From assembly GCF_009914755.1 (NCBI RefSeq), contig NC_060933.1: DNA of 64,000 nucleotides. One strand, 5' to 3'. This DNA comes from the human T2T-CHM13v2.0 reference genome, Homo sapiens. Position 1 is the stretch's first letter, and each line of letters starts with the position of its first letter. The position numbers and the translations under genes are program-made. This document shows positions 14,474-28,810 of the stretch, piece by piece. The notes under the pieces were generated by a model. The model saw only the letters and a list, made by a program, of their open reading frames with translations, was not told the DNA's origin and did no database searches.

Positions 14474-15678
14474 AGATTTGCTTAACTTATAGTTTGCTAA
14501 CAGTGAATGAATATCTTTCTCTGCTTTCATTACTGAGTATTAGCAAATGTTAAAATTTTATTCGAAGTGAAAAAAATGTCTTCTGGTTTTGATATGCTTT
14601 TTTAAATAAGTAGAACATACTTTCCTAAGTTTACTATTTTAATTTCTGTTTTTGGAAACTGCTGTTCATGTCTTTTTTCTATTGGGTTATGGTTGTCTAA
14701 TTAAGGAAGTAACCTGCTTGTCATTTAAAATTACTGTTTTTTCCTCATTTTATTGTTTGGTTGTTTTTTATCTCATATGTAAATTTATTTTTGCCAGGCA
14801 GAAGCGTTTTATTTTTTACATAGTCAATTTTTTTTTCCTTCATGATTTCTGGACTTTGTATTATGTGACTTTTCCCTTTCCAAGAGAATTTCAGAAAGAA
14901 AAAAAATATATTCACATTTCCCTCCATTTTCGGGGGTAACAGGGGGTTCTTTACTCATGTTTAAATGCTTTTCTTTTGAAGTAGTTTCAAACTTGAAACA
15001 TTCCAAAAATAGTGTAAAGAAGGTTTTTTTTTATTATTATATTTTAAGTTCTGGGATACATGTGCAGAACATGCAGGTTTGTTACATAGGTATACACGTG
15101 CCATGGTGGTTTGCTGCACCCATCAACCCGTCATCTACATTAGGTATTTCTCCTAAAGCTATCCCTCCCCTAGCCCCCGACCCCTCGACAGGCCCCAGTG
15201 TGTGATGTTCCCCTCCCTGTGTTCATGTGTTCTCCTTGTTCAACTCCCACTTATGAGTGAGAACATGCAGTGTTTGGTTTTATGTTCCTGTGTTAGTTTG
15301 CTGAGAATGATGGTTTCCAGCTTCATCCATGTCCTTGCAAAGGACATGAACTCATCCTTTTTTATGGCTGCATAGTAGTCTATGGTATATATGTGCAGCA
15401 TTTTCTTTATCCAGTCTATCATTGATGGGCATTTGGGTTGGTTCTAAGTCTTTGCTATTGTGAACAGTGCTGCATTGAACATACATGTGCATGTGTCTTT
15501 ATAGTAGGATGATTTATAATCCTTTGGGTATGTACCCAGTAATGGGATTGCTGGGTCAAATGGTATTTCTGGTTCTAGATCCTTGAGGAATTGCCACACT
15601 GTCTTCCACAATGCTGGAACTAATTTACACTCCCACCAGCAGTGTAAAAGTGTTCCTGTTTTGCAACATCATCTCTAG

Positions 15679-15996
<318 letters not shown>

Positions 15997-16580
15997 CTTT
16001 TCCCAACTTTTTAATGACCGACATTCTAACTGGCATGAGATGGTATCTCATTGTTGTTTTGATTTGCATTTCTCTAATAACCAGTGATGATGAGCTTTTT
16101 TTCATATGTTTGTTGGCCGCATAAATGTCTTCTTTTGAGAAGTGTCTGTTCATATCCTTCGCCTACTTTTTGATGGGGTTGTTGGTTTCTTACTTGTAAA
16201 TTTTTTTCAGTTCTTTGTAGATTCTGGATTTTAGTCCTTTGTCAGATGGATAGATTGCAAAAATTTTCTCCCATTCTTTAGGTTGCCTGCTCACTCTGAT
16301 GATAGTTTCTTTTGCTGTGCAGAAGCTCATTAGTTTAATTAGATCCCATTTGTCAATTTTGGCTTTTGTTGCCATTGCTTTTGGTGTTTTAGTCATTTAG
16401 TCTTTGCCCATTCCTGTATCCTGAATGGTATTGCCTAGGTTTCCTTCTAGAGTTTTTATGGTTTTAGGTCTTACATTTAAGTCTTTAATCCATCTTGAAT
16501 TAATTTTTGCATAAGGTCTAAGGAAGTGGTCCAGTTTCAGTTTTCTGCATATGGCTAGCCAGTTTTCCCAACACCATTTA

Positions 16581-16675
16581 TTAAATAGGGAATCTTTCCC
16601 CCATTGCTTGTTTTTGTCAGATTTGTCTTTAAATAGGGAATCTTTCCCCCATTGCTTGTTTTTGTCAGATTTGTC
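16581..16675 (+). repeat. Perfect 47-bp tandem duplication within L1 ORF2
   Basis: 16581-16627 equals 16629-16675. Confidence 0.95.
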
Positions 16676-19600
16676 AAAGATCAGATGGTTCTAGATGTGT
16701 GGTGTTATTTCTGAGGCCCCTGTTCTGTTCCATTGGTCTATATCTCTGTTTTGGTACCAGTACCATTGCTGTTTTGGTTACCGTAGGCTTGTAGTATAGT
16801 TTGAAGTCAGGTAGCGTGATGCCTCCAGCTTTGTTCTTTTTGCTTAGGATTGTCTTGGCTATACGGGCTCTTTTTTGGTTCCATATGAACTTTAAAGTAG
16901 TTTTTTTGAATTCTGTGAAGAAAGTCAATGATAACTTAATGGGGATAGCCTTGAATCTATAAATTACCTTGGGCAGTATGGCCATTTTCACAATATTGAT
17001 TCTTCCTATCAGTGAGCATGGAATGTCTTTCCATTTGTTTGTGTCCTCTCTTATTTCTTTGAGCAGTGTTTTGTAGTTCTCCTTGAAGAGGTCCTTCACA
17101 TCCCTTGTAAGTTGGATTCCTAGGTTATTTTATTCTCTTTGAAGCAATTGTGAATGGGAGTTCACTGATTATTTGGCTCTCTGTTTGTCTATTATTGGTG
17201 TATAGGAATGCTTGTGATTTTTGCAGATTGATTTTGTATCCTGAGACCTTGCTGAAGTTGCTTATGAGCTTAAGGAGATTTTGGGCTGAGGCATTGGGGT
17301 TTTCTAAATATACAGTCATGTCATCTGCAAACAGAGACGATTTGATTTCCTTTCTTCCTATTTGAATACCCTTTATTTCTTTCTCTTGCCTGATTTCCCT
17401 GGCCAGAACTTCCAATACTATGTTGAATAGGAGTGGTGAGAGAGGGCATTCTTGTCTTGTGCCAGTTTTCAAAGGGAATGCTTCCAGTTTTTGCCCATTC
17501 AGTATGATATTGTTTGTTGCTTTGTCATAAATAGCTGTTAGTATTTTGAGATACATTCCATCAATACCTAGTTTATTGAGAGTTTTTAGCATGAAGGGTG
17601 TTGAATTTTATCGAAGGCCTTTTCCGCATCTATTGAGGTAATCGTGTGGTTTTTGTCACTGGTTCAGTTTATGTGATGGATTACGTTTATTGATTTGCAT
17701 ATGTTGAACCAGCCTTGCATCTCAGAGATGAAGCCAACTTGATTGTGATGGATAAGCTTTTTGATGTGCTGCTGGATTTGGTTTGCCAGTAGTTTATTGA
17801 GGATTTTCACATTGACGTTCATCAGGGATATTAGCCTGAAATTCTCTTTTTTGTGTGTGTCTCTGCCATGTTTTGGTAGCAGGATGAGGCTGGCTTCATA
17901 AAATGAGTTAGGGAGAAGTCCCTCTTTTTCTATTGTTTGGGATAGTTTCAGAAGGACTGGTACCACCTCCTCTTTGTGCCTCTGGTAGAATTCGGCTTTG
18001 AATCTATCTGGTCGTGGGCTTTTTTTGGTTGATAGGCTATTAATTACTGCCTCAATTTCGGAACTTGTTATTGGTCTATTCAGGGATTCGACTTCTTCCT
18101 GATTTAGTCTTGAGAGGGTGTATGTGTCCAGGAATTTATCCATTTCTTCTAGATTTTTGTAGTTTATTTGTGTAGAGGTGTTTATAGTATTCTCTGATAG
18201 TAGTTTGTAGTTCTGTGGAATCAGTGGTGATATCCTCTTTAGCATTTTTTATTGTGTCTGTTTGATTCTTCTCTTTTCTTTATTAGTCTGGCTAGCAGTC
18301 TATGTATTTTGTTAATCTTTTCAAAAAACCAGCACCTGGATTCACTGATATTTTTGAAGGGTTTTTCGTGTCTCTATCTCCTTCATTTCTGCTCTGATCT
18401 TAGTTATTTCTTGTCTTCTGCTACCTTTTGAATTTGTTTCCTCTTGCTCTTGCTTCTCTGGTTCTTTAATTGTGATGTTAGGGTGTTGATTTTAGATCTT
18501 TCCCGCTTTCTCCTGTGGGGATTTTAGTGCTATAAATTTTCCTCTAAACACTGCTTTAGCTGTGTCCCAGAGATTCTGGTTGTGTCTTTGTTCTCATTGG
18601 TTTCAAAGAACTTACTTCTGCCTTAATTTCATTATTTACCCAGTAGTCATTCAGGAGCAGGTTGTTCAGTTTCCATGTAGTTGTGCGGTTTTGAGTGAGT
18701 TTCTTAATCCTGAGTTCTAACTGGATTGCACTGTGGTCTGAGAGACTGTTTGTTATGACTGCCATTCTTTTGCATTTGCTGAAGCTTGTTTTACCTTCAA
18801 TTATGTGATCAATTTTAGAATAAATGTGATGTGGTTCTGAGAAGAATGTATATTCTGTTGATTTGGGGGTGGAGAGTTCTGTAGATGTCTATTAGGTCCA
18901 CTTGGTCCAGAGCTGAGTTCAAGTTCTGAATATCCTTGTTAGTTTTCTGTCTTCTTGATCTGTCTAATATTGACAGTGGGGTGTTAAAGTCTCCTGCTGT
19001 TGTTGTGTGGGAGTCTAAGTCTCTTTGTAGGTCTCTTAAGAACTTGCTTTATTCTTTAAGAATGTTGAATATTGGCGCCCACTCTCTTCTGGCTTGTAGG
19101 GTTTCTGCAGAGAGCTCTGCTGTTAGTCTGATGGTCTTCCCTTTGTGGGTAACCTGACGTTTCTCTGTGGCTGCCCTTAACATTTTTTCTTTCATTTCAA
19201 CCTTGGTGAATCTGACGATTATGTGTCTTGGGGTTGCTCTTATTGAGGAATGTCTTAGTAGTGTTCTCTGTATTTCCTGAATTTGAATGTTGGCCTATCT
19301 TGCTAGGTTGGGGAAGTTCTCCTGGATAATATCCTGAAGAGTGTTTTCCAACTTGGTTCTATTGTCCCCGTCACTTTCAGGTACACCAGTCAAATGTAGG
19401 TTTGGTCTTTGCACATAGTCCCATATTTCTTGGAAGCTTTGTTTGTTCGTTTTCATTCTTTTTTCTCTAATCTTGTCTTCATGCTTTATTTCACTAAGTT
19501 GATCTTCAATCTCTGATATCCTTTCTTCCGCTTGATCGATTTGGCTATTGATACTTGTATATGCTTCACGAAGTTCTCATGCTGTGTTTTCCCACTCCAT

Positions 19601-21246
19601 CAGGTCATTTATGTTCTTCTCTAAATTGGTTATTCTAGTTAGCATTTCCTCTAACCTTTTTTCAACACTCTTAGGTTCATTGCATTGGGTTAGAACATAC
19701 TGCTTTAGCTCAGAGGAGTTTGTTATTACCCACCTTCTGAAGCCTGTTTCTGTCAATTCTGCAAACTCATTCTCCATCCAGTTTTGTTCCCTTGCTGGCA
19801 AGGAGTTGTGATCCTTTGGAGGAGAAGAGGCATTCTGGTTTTTGGAATTTTAGCCTTTCTGCACTGGTTTTTCCCTAATCTTTGTGGATTTATCTACCTT
19901 GAGTCTTTGATGTTGGTGACCTTCGGATGGGGTTTCTGTGTGGACGTCCTTTTTGTTGATGTTCATGCTGTTCCTTTCTGTATGTTAGTTTTCCTTCTAA
20001 CAGTCAGACCCCTTTGCTGCAGGTCTGCTGGAGTTTGTTGGAGGTCCACTGCAGACCCTGTTTCCCTGGGTATCACCAGCGGAGGCTGCAGAACAGCAAA
20101 GATTGCTGCCTGTTCCTTCCTCTGGAAGCTTCGTCCCAGAGGGGCACATGCCAGATGCCAGCCAGAGCTCTCCTGTATGAGGTGTCTGTCGACCCCTGCT
20201 GGGAGGTGTCTCCCAGTCAGGAGGCATGGGGGTCAGGGCCCCACTTGAGAAGGCAGTCTGTCTCTTAGCAGAGTTTGAGTGCTTTGCTGGGAGATCCACT
20301 GCTCTCTTCAGAGCCAGCAAGCAGGAATGTTTAAGTCTGCTGAAGCTGCACCCACAGCCGCCCCTTCCCCCAGGTGCTCCGTCCCAGGGAGATGGGAGTT
20401 TTATCTATAAGCCCCTGACTGGGCTGCTACCTTTCTTTCAGAGATGCCCTGTCCAAAGTGGAGGAGTCTAGAGAGGCAGTCTGGCTACAGTGGCTTTGCT
20501 GAGCTGCAGTGGGCTCCGCCCAATTTGAACTTCCAGGCAACTTTGTTTACACTGTGAGGGAAAAGCTGCCTTTTCAAGCCTCAGCAGTGGTGATTCCCGC
20601 TCCCCCCACCAAGCATCCCAGGTTGACTTCAGACTGCTGTGCTGGCAGTAAGAATTTCAAGCCAGTGGATCTTAGCTTGCTGGGCTCCATGGGAGTGGGA
20701 TCCGCTGAGCAAGACTGGCTTCAGCCCCCTTTCCAAGGGAGTGAAAGGTTCATCTTGCTGGCATTCCAGGTGCCACTGGGGTATGAAAGAAAGCTCCTTC
20801 AGCTAGCTTGATGTTTGCCCAAATGGTTGCCCAGTTTTGTTCTTGAAACCCTGGGCCCTGTTGGTGTAGGCACCCGAGGGAATCTCCTGGTCTGCCGGTT
20901 GCGAAGACTGTGGGAAAAGTGTAGTATCTGGGCTGGAGTGCACCGTTCCTCATGGCACAGTCCTTCAGGGCTTCCTTTGGCTATGGGAGGGAGTTCCCTG
21001 ATCCCTTTGTGCTTCCGGGGTGAGGCAAAGCCCCACTCTGCTTCAGCTCGCCCTCCGTTGGTTGCATCTACTGTCTAACCAGTCCCACTGAGATGAGCCG
21101 GGTACCTCAGTTGGAAATGCGGAAATCACTGGCCTTCTGCATTGATATTGCCTGGAGCTGCAGGTTGGAGTTGTTCATATTCAGCCATCTTGCCAGCCAC
21201 CAGTGTAGAGAAGTTTTATCCCCAGTCTGTTAGAGAGTATGTTACT

Positions 21247-21563
<317 letters not shown>

Positions 21564-21619
21564 TTACTCCTGAATACTTTAGTGTTTTGTTGTATTCTTT
21601 TCCTAGTCTGTTGGTGAGT

Positions 21620-22340
21620 TTTTTTGTTTCTTTAATTGTCTTTTGGAGGGCAAAAGTTTAATTTTGATACAATTGACTTTAGCAATATTTTCTCTAGATA
21701 TTGAGCTTTTTGTATCACATCTCTGCAATTTTTGCCTAATTTAAGGTCAAGAAGATTTTTCCCTATGTTTTTTTCTAGAAATTTTTTAGAGTTAGGTTTT
21801 ATACTTAGGTCTCTCATCCATTTAATTTTTCTATATGGTGCTTGTGATGGGATCCTCTTTCTAGTTTTACATCTGCACTTAGTTATTTCCATTTTGTTTG
21901 TTAAAAAGACTATTCTTTTACTATTGAGTTGACTATATATGTGTAAGTCTATTTCAGACTCTTCCAGTGATTTCTGTGTCTATCATTTCCATCTGTTTCT
22001 GTCCTTTTGTTGATATCATACTGTCTTAATTATACTATAACTTCATGTCTTGAAATCCAGAAAGGTTAGTCCTCCAACTTTTTGTATTTCCAAAATGTTT
22101 TCGACTGATTCCTTTGCCTTTTAGAATCAACTTATCAATTTCCACAAAAATTCTGGCTGAGATTTGGATAGAAATTGTATCATTAATTTGGGAGAATTAA
22201 CATTTTAGCAGTATTGAGTCTTTCAGTTCATTAACATGGTATATCTCTCCATTTGCTTAGGTCTTTTTAAGTTTTTAAAAATTGGTTATTTGTAGCTTAA
22301 GCATCCGTTTGCTAATATATGTTGTTAAATTTGTACATAG
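21620..22340 (-). mobile_element. Old L1M fragment
   Basis: Degenerate ORF2 (KWMRDLSIKPNS..LEKNIGKNLLDL). Confidence 0.7.
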
Positions 22341-22341
22341 T

Positions 22342-23048
22342 GTATGGGCTGAATTGTGCCCTTCAAAATTTATATATTGAACCCTAATTCTGCTATTTCA
22401 CATTGTGACTGTATTTACAGATAGGTTCTTTACAGCAGTGATTAAGTTAAAATGAGACCACTAGGGTGGGCGCTAATCCAGTTTGACTGGTGTCTTTATA
22501 AGAAAAGGAAATTTGGTCTCACAGAGACACCAGAGATGCATGCACACTGAGGAAAGCCCATGTGAGGACACAGAAAGGAGGTCATCTGCAAGTTAACGAT
22601 AGAGGTGGCCTCCAGAACTGTGAGAACATAGATTTCTGTTGTTAAAGTCACCCAGTCTATGCTATTTTGTTATGGCAGCTCTGGCAATCTCATATACGTT
22701 TTGGTACCAAGCAGTGAGTTGTTGCTTAACAAGCACTTAGAAATGTTGAAGTGGCTTTAGAACTGGGTAATGGGCAGAGACTGGAAGAATTTTGAGGCAC
22801 ATGTTAGAAAAAAACCTAGATTCTATCGTTTAATAAATTATTGATATAAAATATGGACGTTCAAGCTGTTTCTGTTGAGACCTCAAGTGGAAATGAGGAA
22901 CATGTTATTTGACATTGAAGGGAATGTGGTCCTTGTTATAAAGTGGCAAAGATCTTGGTTAAATTATGTTCTAGTGATGAAGTTGGATATTTAGCTGTGG
23001 AGATTTCTAAGTAAAATGTTGAAGGCATCGTCTTATTTCTCATTGCAG
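22342..23048 (+). mobile_element. MLT1A-type LTR (22342-22698) plus adjacent MaLR internal sequence
   Basis: tgtatgggctgaattgtgccc...ttttgttatggcagc; then ttttggtacca...gtggctttagaactgggtaatgggcagag. Confidence 0.8.
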
Positions 23049-23049
23049 C

Positions 23050-23295
23050 TGGTCAAATCACTTGAGGCCAGGAGTTCAAGACCAGCCTGGCCAACACGAT
23101 GAAATCCCGTCTCTACTAAAAATATAAAAATTAGCTGGGTGTGGTGGTGCACACCTGTAGTCCCAGCTACTCAGAAGGCTGTGGCACAACAATCACTTGA
23201 ACCTGGGAGGCGGAGGTTGCAGTGAGCCGAGATTGTGCCACTACACTCCAGCCTGGGTGACAGAAGGAGAATCTGTCTCAAAAACAAAAAAAAAA
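23050..23295 (+). mobile_element. 5'-truncated AluS (sense)
   Basis: Alu consensus from atcacttgagg. Confidence 0.9.
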
Positions 23296-23319
23296 TTGTA
23301 CAATATGTGGTTAATATGT

Positions 23320-25450
23320 GTTTGATTTATTACAAAGATGCCAGCCTAGCTAAGTGGGGGAAGGATCACCTTTTCAACATATGGTTCTGAAACAACCGGA
23401 TTTCCATGTGGAAAGTAAATTAATTTCAACCCTTATCTTATATGCGGAATTTAACTTGAAGCATAGACCTAAATATAAAGTCCACAAGTGTAATTTCTGG
23501 AACAAAAAATGTAGGTTAAAATTTTGAATCCTTGCAGTAGGTAAAGATACCTTAGGATATAAAAAGCGCAAATATAACAGGAGAAAAAAATAAATAAATT
23601 GGACTTTATAAAAATTAAATTTTTCTGCTGTTTGGAAGACATTGTTAAAAAAGGTGAAAAGGCAAACCATCTAACCATCCACTTGGGAAAAATAGTTGCA
23701 AAAATATTTTTACAAGTCCAGACTTGTATCTAGAATATATGAGAAGACTAACAGCTCAATAATAAATGACTAAACAGGTAGCATGAAAAGATGTTCGACT
23801 TTATTACTCACCAGAAAAATGCAAATCAAAGCCACATAGAAATACTACTACACAATGGTTAGAATGGCTAAAAATAAGAAGAATGGCAATACCATGTCAA
23901 GGTGTTGCCATGACAAGGATTTAAAACTCTCATATGTTACTTGTGAAACTTGAAAATAGCATAACCCTTTGTAATTTAGTTTGGTAGTTTTTAAAAATAA
24001 GGTTAAGTATATACTTACCATATGACTTGGGAATTCTACTCCTAGGTTTTTACCCAAGAGAAATGAAGTCATATGCCTACCAAAAGACTTGAACTAGAAT
24101 ACTCACAGTAGGGTTATTCATAATAGTAAAAAGTTGCATAAAACCCAATTGTCTATCCAGAAGTGAATGGATAAGGAAAAATAGTATATTCATACAGTAG
24201 ACTACTACTCAGGAAAAAAAATACTAATACATGTAGCAGTGATGGGCAGTGATTGAGTGTAGGGGGAGCTTCCCTCAAAACTCCAGGGCATTTTAGGGAA
24301 TAGAACGCAGGATTACTTGGCAATTCATTTAAGAACTTAACAAAACTTGTATTCTAAAACCTAACAACTACATTATAAAAGAGGAAAATAATAGCCCAGT
24401 TTCACTAATAAATGTAAGATACAAAAATTTCAAAACATTAAAAGTTGAAATTAAGGTAACATAGTTGTTACTTTTGGGAGGATGCCTAATGATTGCAAGG
24501 AGCTTAAGGGAGGCTTATGAGTTGCTTGTAATGTTTCATACTGGACCTGGGTGGTTGGTAGGTTGAGTGTGTTTACTTTCTGAAAATGTATTGAACTTTA
24601 GAGTTTATGTACTTCGTGTAGTAGATTATAATGTGCTTAAAAAAAATGCTGCTGCTGCTTCCAAAATGAGCAGAATTTCACAGAATGGCAAACACAAATA
24701 ACCAAGGAAGCTATTTGTGTTTGATATGATATGTAACCGTTATGCATTTGTGAAATTGTAATTAAAACTAGGATGACATGGCCAATGAGACTGATATAAT
24801 TTGAAATCTTTGAACACCCTAAGCATTGTGAGGATATGGAGAGATAGAAACTGTGCTGCTGGTGTTAGTGTAATGTCTTATCACCACTTTTGAAAATGGT
24901 TTGATAGTGCTCAATAAGGTGAACATATATAATTTTACTGTTTGGGAAAGTTTTATCCACAAGCACCTATGGGCATATCAAGGATGTTTATAGTAGTGCT
25001 ACAAGCAAAAGCAAAAATCTATAAGCAACACAGATACTCACCAACAGTATAGTGGACAAATAAGTAGTGGTTTCTTCATCAGTGCAATACAATATCACAG
25101 TAAAATTCAGTTAACTATCAGTGTGGTTAAAATTTAAACATTGTTTTGTAAAGGAAGTCACAGGAAAATGTATGTCATATATGCTACAGTTTGGAAAGAG
25201 GCAGGGGTAAACGATGCATTATTTAGATAATCATTCATAGGTGCTTTAGTACAAACAACTAAATAAAAGCAAGATCATGATGAGAGGTAGGGAACGTGAC
25301 AAGGAGGAATGAGATCCGGGAGGAACACATAAGAAGATGCTTCTAGGTCAGGATGTGGTAATGTTTTATTGCTTGGCTGGGTTGGAAAATTCAGATGTGT
25401 CTTTTATTATTATTTTTTTAAACTGCAAAATTTGTTTTTATATATGCTGT
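23320..25450 (+). mobile_element. Old L1M/L1ME fragments (sense)
   Basis: gaaaatgcaaatcaaagcc, aattctactcctagg, gtgaatggataagg motifs. Confidence 0.65.
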
Positions 25451-25868
25451 ATTTCTCCAAACTGTAAAAAAGTAAATTTCCTGAAATACCTTTCAGAGAT
25501 CAAAAATAAAAGTAAGTTCCTCAATTCTAGAGGCTTTAAGTATTGTGACTTGTGTGTTCCTCACAGATGTCCTGATTTAATACTATGTTGACTTAAAATA
25601 TAAGATCTGTTTCTACTCAAAGCCTGTCATCAAGGACATTATTAAAACAGTTCTACAATTTTTATTTAGCCTTAAAATTGTAAAACTACTTCTTTAAAAT
25701 CTGCGTTTTATAATGTATTTTTCTAATTTAAACCTGATTATCTTCTCAGTTAATTCAAATTGGATAGCTTTTTGTCAAAACTGTTGTAGAACTTTGAATA
25801 AACATTTTTTGAATAAGCAGTGAATAAACATTTTTGTGCTAATCAACATTGAATTACTTTTCTTTCAG

Positions 25869-25953
25869 ATTCAAACATCTACTTCTTTGGGAACATCACA
25901 GATTTCACAGAAAATAATTCCTCTCTTGGAACTTCCATCTGTTTCTGAAGATG
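25869..25953 (+). CDS. VPS13A: VPS13A exon 24, 85 nt
   Basis: tttcag|ATTCAA...GATG|gtaaaa; IQTSTSLGTSQISQKIIPLLELPSVSED. Confidence 0.96.
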
Positions 25954-26039
25954 GTAAAATGAAACTGCTTAAGGATATTTTTCTTATTTTATTAAAATAA
26001 TTTCTGTTTTGAGGCATATTTTTCTCAAAGGACCACACA

Positions 26040-26588
26040 GAGGAAGGAAAATATCTTTTCCTTTTAAAGTCTAGGTTCTTGACTGAGGCTCTATGAATGG
26101 AAGACAGATTAACATGAGAAAACAAGCAGATTTACTAGCATTCATATTTCATGGGTACATGCAAGAAGCTCAGGAATGAGTAACTCAAGGTGGTGATTAA
26201 AATTTGGGTTTATATACCAGTTTGGGCTTAAACAAAGGAAAAGAGGTTTTGGGCTTCAGGGATAGGGGTTGCTGGGGAGGCAAGGTATATGGGAAGGCGA
26301 CCAGAAAAAGTATGGTACACAAGGGTAAAGTTTGTTACGCAGATATGTCAGTGTTTTCTCCGTTGATAAGAATGTCTTGGGAGTAAGAGTCATCTTCCCT
26401 GGTACAGAAAGGAAGATACCTTTACAAGGTAGATTTCTCTTATAAATGTTAATTTCCCTTAGAAAAGGGAAACTTAGGATCTGTCTTCAGAGCTTTTCCT
26501 GTGTCTGCTGTTTCTTAAAATAATTGACTCAGTGTAATCCTTATGCCAAAAAGACATGTTTTCGAGTGGCGTATTTTGGTCTTCTGTA
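26040..26588 (-). mobile_element. ERV1 solo LTR, MER34-like
   Basis: Reverse start agaagaccaaaatacgccactcgaaaacatgtctttttggcataaggatt. Confidence 0.6.
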
Positions 26589-26736
26589 GTCATATAAGAA
26601 ATTTCAGGCAATAGCAGATATTTGTATATTTTCAGGAAATTTTAACTAAAATTTATTTTAAATAGCACAATTCCTTAAAGTTGCTTTTGCAATGGGATTT
26701 TTTTGGTATAAAGTTGAACAGAAAATGACAAGGACC

Positions 26737-27111
<375 letters not shown>

Positions 27112-28086
27112 TTAATTTCTAATGTGTTTTTTAGTTATTTGGAAAATTTTGCTATAGTATATTTAAAACATTTTTAAAAATATAATTATTAAAGGAAAAT
27201 CATCAATAATTATCTACATTTACATATAAAAATATATAACTATTCTGATACCAAATATGTGCTTTTTAATGACCGTATTAGAAAAGGTGTATGTCTATAT
27301 TTTTAAGACTTTAAAAATTGATAAATGTTAAATAACAGAAACTGCCATGTCGATTCTTGGTTTCTTAGAGAACAATTTTTCTTTATTTATAGTCACCAGA
27401 GAGAAGTTGTTTGTGAGATCATCTACTTTAACTTCAGTCTTAGTTTATTAGGGATATACTTCTGATTGTTTCATTTAAACCTAGTTTTAATGGTTTTACT
27501 AAGTTATCTAATGCTTTTTCAGTCCTTTTTAATATCAGCATATGTGTATGCTGATGTGTATTACATATCAACGTATATGTACATATACCTATATTTGTGT
27601 ATATATATGTATACAAAGTAGTGCTTGATCTCAGTTTACTTCATTCAGACTCTGCTGCTAATATTGCAGAGTTTATACCTAAGTCCTGTTACACTATCCA
27701 GGTAGAGTGAGCATATTAACATATTACTTTGAGTATTCATGGTGTGTATAATCATCGGCATTGGCATTTCCTGTAAAATTTAAGCAATTTTAAAATAGAC
27801 TATTTCAAAAGATGGGCTTCTTAAGCTAAAGATTACATCTTAATAATGTTCCATGCTTCTTTATAACCAAGAATGTTATTTAAAAGTAGAGTATCCCTTT
27901 GTTTAAAATGGACAATAAAAAAGTACAGTAATGTCTATATTATTTTCTGTTTATTTCGGTTCTCATGTTAATATTTGATATTTAAAAGAGAGCCTTAGTG
28001 TTTTAGTGTTCATATTTATTTCTATTGAAATACTGTTAAATTGATCATTTTAATTATTGACTTAAATAATGTTCTGTGAAATGTAG

Positions 28087-28241
28087 ATTCAGAGGAGGAA
28101 TTTTTTGATGCACCATGTAGTCCCTTGGAAGAACCTCTTCAGTTTCCAACTGGAGTTAAAAGTATTCGAACCAGAAAGTTACAAAAGCAGGATTGTTCAG
28201 TAAATATGACTACATTTAAAATAAGATTTGAAGTACCAAAG
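28087..28241 (+). CDS. VPS13A: VPS13A exon 25, 155 nt, encodes FFAT motif (EFFDAPC at 28098-28118)
   Basis: atgtag|ATTCAG...CCAAAG|gtaggt; DSEEEFFDAPCSPLEEPLQFPTGVKSIRTRKLQKQDCSVNMTTFKIRFEVPK. Confidence 0.97.
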
Positions 28242-28653
28242 GTAGGTACTACGGTAAAATTAACATGGCTTAATTTGTTTGCTGTTTCTATATTTACAGC
28301 TTACTATATAGTCTCATTGTTAAGAAGCACTATCTTTTTCACCCTAATTAAAGTAATTCCAGACTTGCTGTGTGATTCTTGGTCACTCCCCGCCCCCCCT
28401 TTTTTTTTTTAAATAAGATTAACTTCCTTAATCAAGAGTGAAGGATTTAAATTTATTCAGTACATGTTTTTGTGAAAACGATTATTTATGTTGTGTGTGT
28501 ATTGTATGTCTGTGTGGGTATAAAATCTCTCCTAAATTTTAAATAATAATATATCAATTGTATGTATACCTCATATATTCACATGTAACCACTATGCACA
28601 TAAACATGTTTTTGTTTTATGTAGTGGTAATTTCTTTTTTCTTTCTTCTCCAG

Positions 28654-28810
28654 GTTTTGATCGAGTTTTATCACCTTGTTGGAGATTGTGAACTATCTGT
28701 GGTAGAAATTCTTGTTTTAGGATTGGGTGCAGAAATTGAGATTAGAACATACGATTTGAAAGCAAATGCCTTTTTGAAAGAGTTCTGCTTAAAATGCCCA
28801 GAATACTTGG
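28654..28810 (+). CDS. VPS13A: VPS13A exon 26, 157 nt
   Basis: ctccag|GTTTTG...TTGG|gtaaga; VLIEFYHLVGDCELSVVEILVLGLGAEIEIRTYDLKANAFLKEFCLKCPEYL. Confidence 0.97.
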
